NCBI GenBank assembly: GCA_963777315.1
Contig: CAVZQC010000002.1
Coordinates: forward strand, 320,001 to 384,000
Origin: Vulcanimicrobiota bacterium
Lineage (GTDB): Bacteria; Vulcanimicrobiota; Vulcanimicrobiia; Vulcanimicrobiales; Vulcanimicrobiaceae
DNA: 64,000 bases
Reading direction: 5' to 3'
Below are positions 58,685 through 64,000 of the stretch, in pieces. Both the position numbers and the translations under genes were made by a program. The notes under the pieces are model-generated. The model was given only the letters and a program-made list of their open reading frames with translations, was not told the origin of the DNA and did not search any database. The number at the start of each line of letters is the position of its first letter. The first letter of the stretch is position 1.

Positions 58685-61600
58685 GTCGAGAGATGCGCCC
58701 GCGTGCGAACGTCCTCCAAAAACCGGTGGAGCGCGCGTCCGCGCGGGCGCCGGCCGGGACGGATGTCGCACGTGAGTCCTTTCGTTTCCTGAATGTGCAC
58801 GTTCGGATCCAACGCGATGTGCAGCAAATCATTGGCCGAGTCGCCGGTCACGATTCCGCGCGCCCCCCAGTGATACGGCAGTCCGACCGAGTGAAGAAGG
58901 CCGCTTTGGCTTGCCGCGCCGGCGTTCGCATGCACGGGCTGCACGCGCCGCGTCACCATGACGCGCGCTTCGACGACGGCGCGCACGTTGTAGATGGTCG
59001 CCCAGCCGCCGTGGCGCAATCCGCGCAGTTGCGCGAGCTCCGGACTGACTTCGCAGAACAGTTCGGGCTGCAGCTCGCATAGATGGGGAACCGTGCGCGA
59101 CATTCCGCCGGCGGTGTGATGCTCGGTCAAGCGATAGGTGTACAGCACGAACGGAAACAGCCCGCCGTGCTCGCTGCTGGGTGAAGGATTGTACCGGTTG
59201 AACCGGCGTGGAAACTGCTGGCGCGCGGGATTAGCCTGCACGCCGTACAGCGGATTGCGCACCGGCGATTCGTGCGGTTCGAAATACGTGGGCAGCGGTC
59301 CGTCGACGATGCCGTTGGGAACGAAGATCCACCCTAAACCGTCGTCCTGCATGATGAACGGATGCCAGCCGGCGATTGCGTCTTCGCGCTGCGCGCGCTT
59401 GCCGGGCGTGTAGTCGGGGCGTTTGTTCTTCTCGAAGTCGGGCGTGTCGTATCCGGTCCACTGGGCTTTTTGCTCGTCCCACCACACGTAGGCTTTGCGC
59501 TCGCTCCAGGGTTTGCCGTCCGGGTCGGCGGACGCGCGATTATAGATGATGCGCCGGTTGGCCGGCCACGACCAACCCCACTCCGGAGCGACCCAGGTTT
59601 GCTGCGTGTGCGGTTTGCGGCGCGCCGTTTGGTTCTGCTCGTTTTCGTAGCAGCCGCAGTAGATCCAGCATCCGCAAGCGGTGCTGCCGTCGGCTTTGAG
59701 TTCGGTGTACGATGACGCGGCTTTGCCCGTGCCGTCCCAGCCGTTGATCTCGCGCAGCACCATGTGCGCGTCGGGTTCTTCGATTGCGCCTTTGAGCGGA
59801 TAGTTCCACGTCAGCTTTCGGATCGGCTCGGAGAAAGGTTCGTCGGCCAGCTCGACCTTCTCGCGGATGCGTCTGCCCAGGTGATAGTAAAACCAGAGTT
59901 CCGAGCGCGCGTCGTCCTGCGGTTCGACGGCTTTGTGATGCCACTGCAGCAGCCGCTGCGTATTGGTGAAGGAGCCGTCTTTCTCGGTGTGCGCCGCGGC
60001 GGGCATCCAAAATACTTCGGTTTTGATCGCTTCGGTCCGTAATTCGCCAGATTCGATTTCGGGACAGTCGTGCCAAAACGCCGCGCTCTCGATTTCGCTG
60101 AAATCCCGAACGACCAGCCAGTCCAGATTGGCCAAACCGCGCCGGTGCAGGCCCGCGTTCGCGCTGCCGACCGCCGGATTTTCGCCGATGCAGAAAAAGC
60201 CTTTCACCTTGCCGTCGACCATGCCCATGAAGCTGCGGTACGTCGAATGGTCGCCGCTGATCCTGGGCAGCAGATCGAAGCAATAGTCGTTGTCGTGGTT
60301 CGCATGCTCGCCGAACCACGCCTTGAGCAGACTGACTATGTATTTGTCCAGATTGCCCCAATATCCGGTCTTTGCGCCTTCGGACTGGATGAAGTGCTCG
60401 AGATCGTTATGCGCTTTTGCGTGCGGCATCGGTATGTAGCCGGGCAGGATGTTGAACAGCGTAGGGATGTCGGTGGAGCCTTGAATGGATGCGTGGCCGC
60501 GCAGCGCCATGATTCCGCCGCCGGGGCGCCCGATATTCCCCAGCAGCAGCTGAATGATCGCCGCGGTGCGGATCATCTGCACGCCGAACGTGTGCTGGGT
60601 CCACGCCACCGAGTACGCCATCGCCGACGTGCGCTCGCGGCCGCTGTTGCTGCACAGCGCTTGGGCGACCTGCGCGAGCTGCTCGGGCGTTACGCCGCAG
60701 ATCTGCCGGACCATGTCGGGCGTGTAGCGCGAGAAGTGCCGCTTGAGCACCTGATACACGCACCTCGGATCCTGCAGCGTCTTATCCATGCACGGCGGTT
60801 CGCCGCCCTTGAGCGCGTCCTCGCGCTGGGTGAACGCTTTTGCGCCCCCCAGCGACGACTCGTCTTCACGCTGGCCGGCCGAACCATGCAGATCCATGCC
60901 CTTGTACTGCCAGCTTTCGAACGTGTAGCCGTGCTGGTCCTCATGCCAGCCCGAAAAGAAACCGTCGAGGTCCTCGGTGTCTTGAAAATCGTCTTTGAGG
61001 ATGACCGGCGCGTTGGTGTAGTTGACGACGTACTCCTTGAACGCGCGATCGTTTTCCAAAATGTACCGCACGATGCCGCCCAGGAACGCGATATCGGTGC
61101 CGGGACGGATCGGTACGTGCAGATCGGCCATCGCGCTCGTGCGCGTGAAACGTGGATCGACGTGGATGACGGTAGCGCCGCGCTCGCGCGCTTCCATCAC
61201 CCACTGAAAGCCGACGGGATGGTTTTCGGCCATGTTGGAGCCCATGATCAGGATGCAGTCGGAGTTTTGCAGATCCTGCTGAAACGTCGTTGCTCCGCCG
61301 CGGCCGAAAGAGGTTCCCAAACTGGGAACCGTCGAGCTATGTCATATTCGGGCTTGATTCTCTACCTGCACGATGCCAAGCGCAGTGTAGAGTTTTTTGA
61401 TGACGTAGTTCTCTTCGTTGTCGAGCGTAGCGCCGCCCAAGTGCGCGATGCCCTCGCACCGGTTGAGCCGCTTGCCTTCTTCGTCGCATTCCTTCCACGT
61501 TTCTCGACGCGTCTTGAGAACGCGATCGGCGATCATGTCCATCGCGCGATCGAGGGAAAGCTCTTCCCATTGCGTGCCGTACGGCTTTCGGTATTTGACT

Positions 61601-61899
61601 TTGTACTCGCGCAGCGGGCTTTGAATCAGCGTGCGCGTCGCCGCGCCTTTGGGGCACAGGCGTCCGCGCGAAATCGGGCTGTCGGGATCGCCCTCGACCT
61701 GTACCAAGTTGCCGTCCTTGACGTACAGGTTCTGCCCGCATCCCACCGCGCAGAACGGACAGACGGACTTGACGACCGTCGCCTGCTGGGTACGCGCCGT
61801 CCAAGCCCTGGTCTTGTCCGATTGCGCGGCGGCTCCGAACGCGAGCGGATCGCCGTCGAGCTGGCGCATAACGGGCCATACCGGCCGATGGTCGTTCAT
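58681..61899 (-). CDS. Selenocysteine-containing formate dehydrogenase alpha subunit (Mo/W-bisPGD)
   Basis: CPFCAVGCG...LCPKG; NQARI-UGA-HSSTV with in-frame UGA at 61344-61342 joining two track ORFs; ALRGH, YRLTEHH. Confidence 0.93.
61312..61341 (-). other. Bacterial SECIS element
   Basis: 11-nt spacer after UGA, then hairpin GGUUCCCA-GUU-UGGGAACC. Confidence 0.85.
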
Positions 61900-62046
61900 A
61901 CGACGTACGTTCCAATTCACCGCGCGCTCTAAACCGCACGCCCGCGCGCTGCACGCGCGGCGATCGATCCGTCGATAACGAGCGTATGGCCGTCAGCATG
62001 GTGCCGTCGCGTTCGAGGTGGGGAGCGTGCGACGCCCCGGCGGCTG

Positions 62047-62256
62047 GTGCGCATCGTGCCGCCGTACCGGCCGGCAATTGCGCTTATGGTCGCCGCGATG
62101 CCGCAACTGCGCGTTTTCGTGCCGGACGTCGTACGGCAAACGCTGTTCTTGGATGACCGCGGCGCGCCGATCGATCTGGGCGTGCCCACGCAGCTCGCGA
62201 TGTTCACGAACTCCGTCGCCGTGCCAGAGACAGCGGTGTGCGCGTTAATTCGCTAA
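62047..62256 (+). CDS. Possible small hypothetical protein
   Basis: 69-aa ORF with protein-like composition between fdh and the pilins; start uncertain. Confidence 0.3.
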   Translation: MRIVPPYRPAIALMVAAMPQLRVFVPDVVRQTLFLDDRGAPIDLGVPTQLAMFTNSVAVPETAVCALIR

Positions 62257-62417
62257 CGGCAATCAACGTTCAGTCAATTTTTCCGTGACAAAACGTCGCC
62301 GGATGCTACCAGCGACGTCGATGTGATACTTATGAAAGACGCCGCGGCGGTTGTAAGCCGGGCCGCTCGCGCGTTTGAAACGGCGGGCACAACTACGACT
62401 CTTTGGAGATGACTTCA

Positions 62418-62966
62418 ATGATCAAAAGTTTCGGTACACTTGCAGCGGCATTCGGGATGGCGTCGCTGGCACTTGCGATGGCGCCGGCACTTGCCGGGCA
62501 GAATACCGCAACCCTAACGGTGAACGGCAGCGTTACCCAATCCTGCACCGCGTTCACGCCCACGTCGAATACCTTGACGTTCCCCGCATACGATTCGTTC
62601 GCCAATGCCACTGTGCCGGATGACGCCGGGCCAGTTTCGTACACGACGAAATGCACCAAGGGTGCATCGGGCGTCAATTTCCAAGTTGACGGCGGAGCGA
62701 ATTACGCCCACACGTCCGGCACGCGAGCGATGAAAAGCACCACGGCCGGTGACTATCTCAACTACAGCTTGTACTCCGACGCCGGCCGCACGACGGCTTG
62801 GGCGTTCAATTCAAGCACCGGTGCGGGTACCCCGGCTCCGAATCTGACGATAGGCAGCTCGGGCACGTCTCAGACGCTGACGGTTTACGGCCGCGTTGCC
62901 GCCGGTCAGGATCCTACGACGGCAAGCGATTATTCCGACACAGTAACGGTTGCAGTCAATTACTAG
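62418..62966 (+). CDS. Spore coat U / Csu-type fimbrial subunit 1
   Basis: Signal peptide, conserved Cys pair (QSC...CTKG), LNYSLYSD, VYGRV, YSDTVTVAVNY; GGAG RBS. Confidence 0.9.
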   Translation: MIKSFGTLAAAFGMASLALAMAPALAGQNTATLTVNGSVTQSCTAFTPTSNTLTFPAYDSFANATVPDDAGPVSYTTKCTKGASGVNFQVDGGANYAHTSGTRAMKSTTAGDYLNYSLYSDAGRTTAWAFNSSTGAGTPAPNLTIGSSGTSQTLTVYGRVAAGQDPTTASDYSDTVTVAVNY

Positions 62967-62979
62967 AATCGAGTACGAG

Positions 62980-63525
62980 ATGATAAGGCATCTTCGCGTG
63001 CTAGCCGTAGTGGGGGCCCTCGCGCTGAGCGCGGGCCCTGCTGGGGCAACCGGCACCCAAACCGCGAGCGTCAGCATTACCGCCAGTATCACGCAGACGT
63101 GCACGGCGCTCACTCCCGTGAGCGGTACGATGACTTTTCCCGGTTACGATCCGTTCACGAACAAAACGGCGGCGGACGACGATTCCACGCCCGTGACGTT
63201 CACAACGAATTGCACGAAAGGTTCGACCGGAGTGTATTACACTGTAAGCGGCGGCAACAATTGTGCGAATTCGCCGGTGAACGGCACGCGTGCATTGAAA
63301 AGCGGCAGCAACTACGTTGCATATCAGCTCTACCAAGATTCAGCATATACCGCGCCCTGGGCCATCAATGCCGGTTGCACAGGCACGACGCAGCTTTCGG
63401 CCGGGACCATAACCAGCAGCTCGCAAAATCTCACGTTCAGCCTGTACGGCCAGATTCCAGCCGGTCAGGACCCGGTAGCCGCAAGCAACTATAGCGACAC
63501 GGTTACCGTCGCAGTGAATTTTTAG
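62980..63525 (+). CDS. Spore coat U / Csu-type fimbrial subunit 2
   Basis: Signal peptide, QTC...CTKG, YQLYQD, LYGQIPAGQD, YSDTVTVAVNF. Confidence 0.9.
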   Translation: MIRHLRVLAVVGALALSAGPAGATGTQTASVSITASITQTCTALTPVSGTMTFPGYDPFTNKTAADDDSTPVTFTTNCTKGSTGVYYTVSGGNNCANSPVNGTRALKSGSNYVAYQLYQDSAYTAPWAINAGCTGTTQLSAGTITSSSQNLTFSLYGQIPAGQDPVAASNYSDTVTVAVNF

Positions 63526-63531
63526 AGCGCT

Positions 63532-64000
63532 ATGAGAACCAGCGGCAAGATCGCGCTATTGGCCGCAGTGGTGGCGGCCGGACAGACGTGGACCGCGGCG
63601 TTGGCCGGCACGGGCCAGCAAGTCTCCGTCACCGGCGACGTTACGGGGGGGTGCAACACGCTGACACTTTCTCCCGCCAACGGCACGCTGGCGCTGGGCT
63701 CCTACGATCCGTTTGGTGCAACGGACGTTACGGGCGGTCCGGTAACCCTCAGCATCAACTGCACGAAGGGCGACCCGAACTTCAATGTCGCCGTCAACGG
63801 CGGCGCAAATTTCACGCACGCGGTTCCGTCGGGCGATCGCGCCATGAAGGACAGCAACAACACCTTTTTGACCTACCAGTTGTATCAAACGACCGGTACG
63901 GCCTCGCCTTGGGCGTTTAGCGCGTCGACGGGCACGGGTACGGCGGTCAGCCAGACGGCGAACGGCCTGAATACGGCCAGTTCCTTTTCGCTGTACGGGG
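63532..64000 (+). CDS. Spore coat U / Csu-type fimbrial subunit 3, 3'-partial
   Basis: Translated by hand: MRTSGKIALLAAVVAAG...GGCNTL...INCTKG...YQLYQ...FSLYG, open to the window end. Confidence 0.88.
   Translation, partial: MRTSGKIALLAAVVAAGQTWTAALAGTGQQVSVTGDVTGGCNTLTLSPANGTLALGSYDPFGATDVTGGPVTLSINCTKGDPNFNVAVNGGANFTHAVPSGDRAMKDSNNTFLTYQLYQTTGTASPWAFSASTGTGTAVSQTANGLNTASSFSLYG

Noticed and set aside
61342..61344. FDH alpha as a pseudogene with a premature stop
   Set aside because: The UGA is at the catalytic Sec/Cys position and is followed by a SECIS hairpin

Overview
GC-rich bacterial chromosomal window spanning the replication origin. Gene orientation mostly flips at about 44.6-45 kb: genes to the left lie mainly on the minus strand and genes to the right mainly on the plus strand. 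Left arm, reading away from oriC: dnaA-dnaN-recF-DUF721(dciA-like)-gyrB runs directly into a ~24 kb outer-membrane/LPS cluster (tamB-bamA-3x skp-like-lpxD-lpxC-fabZ-lpxA-lpxB-metallophosphoesterase-LpxB-like GT-O-antigen-ligase-like-lptC-lptB-lptF/G-DUF3084-yqgF-beta-barrel-TPR-GT4). Beyond it lie recQ/dnaX-ybaB-recR and a MoxR/DUF58/DUF4350/DUF4129/SpoIIM-like cluster. Right arm: rpmH-rnpA-yidD-yidC-jag-mnmE-mnmG-rsmG-parS-cca-parA-parB-small membrane protein-thiE-thiD-trpS, a convergent selenocysteine formate dehydrogenase operon (alpha with UGA+SECIS, Fe-S beta, NrfD-type anchor), and three tandem Csu/spore-coat-U pilins running off the end. Gene content suggests a diderm Terrabacteria member, possibly Eremiobacterota/Vulcanimicrobiota (inference, not verified). 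Best candidate novelty: the lipid A operon has no recognisable LpxH/LpxI/LpxG, LpxK or WaaA. Right after lpxB it instead carries a UshA-fold metallophosphoesterase with an LpxH-like His-to-Arg change (GNRE), a second LpxB-like glycosyltransferase and a WaaL-like ligase, suggesting an alternative lipid A/LPS pathway. Three apparent +1 insertions (rnpA, cca, fdh beta) look like assembly errors. No CRISPR array, rRNA or tRNA was seen.
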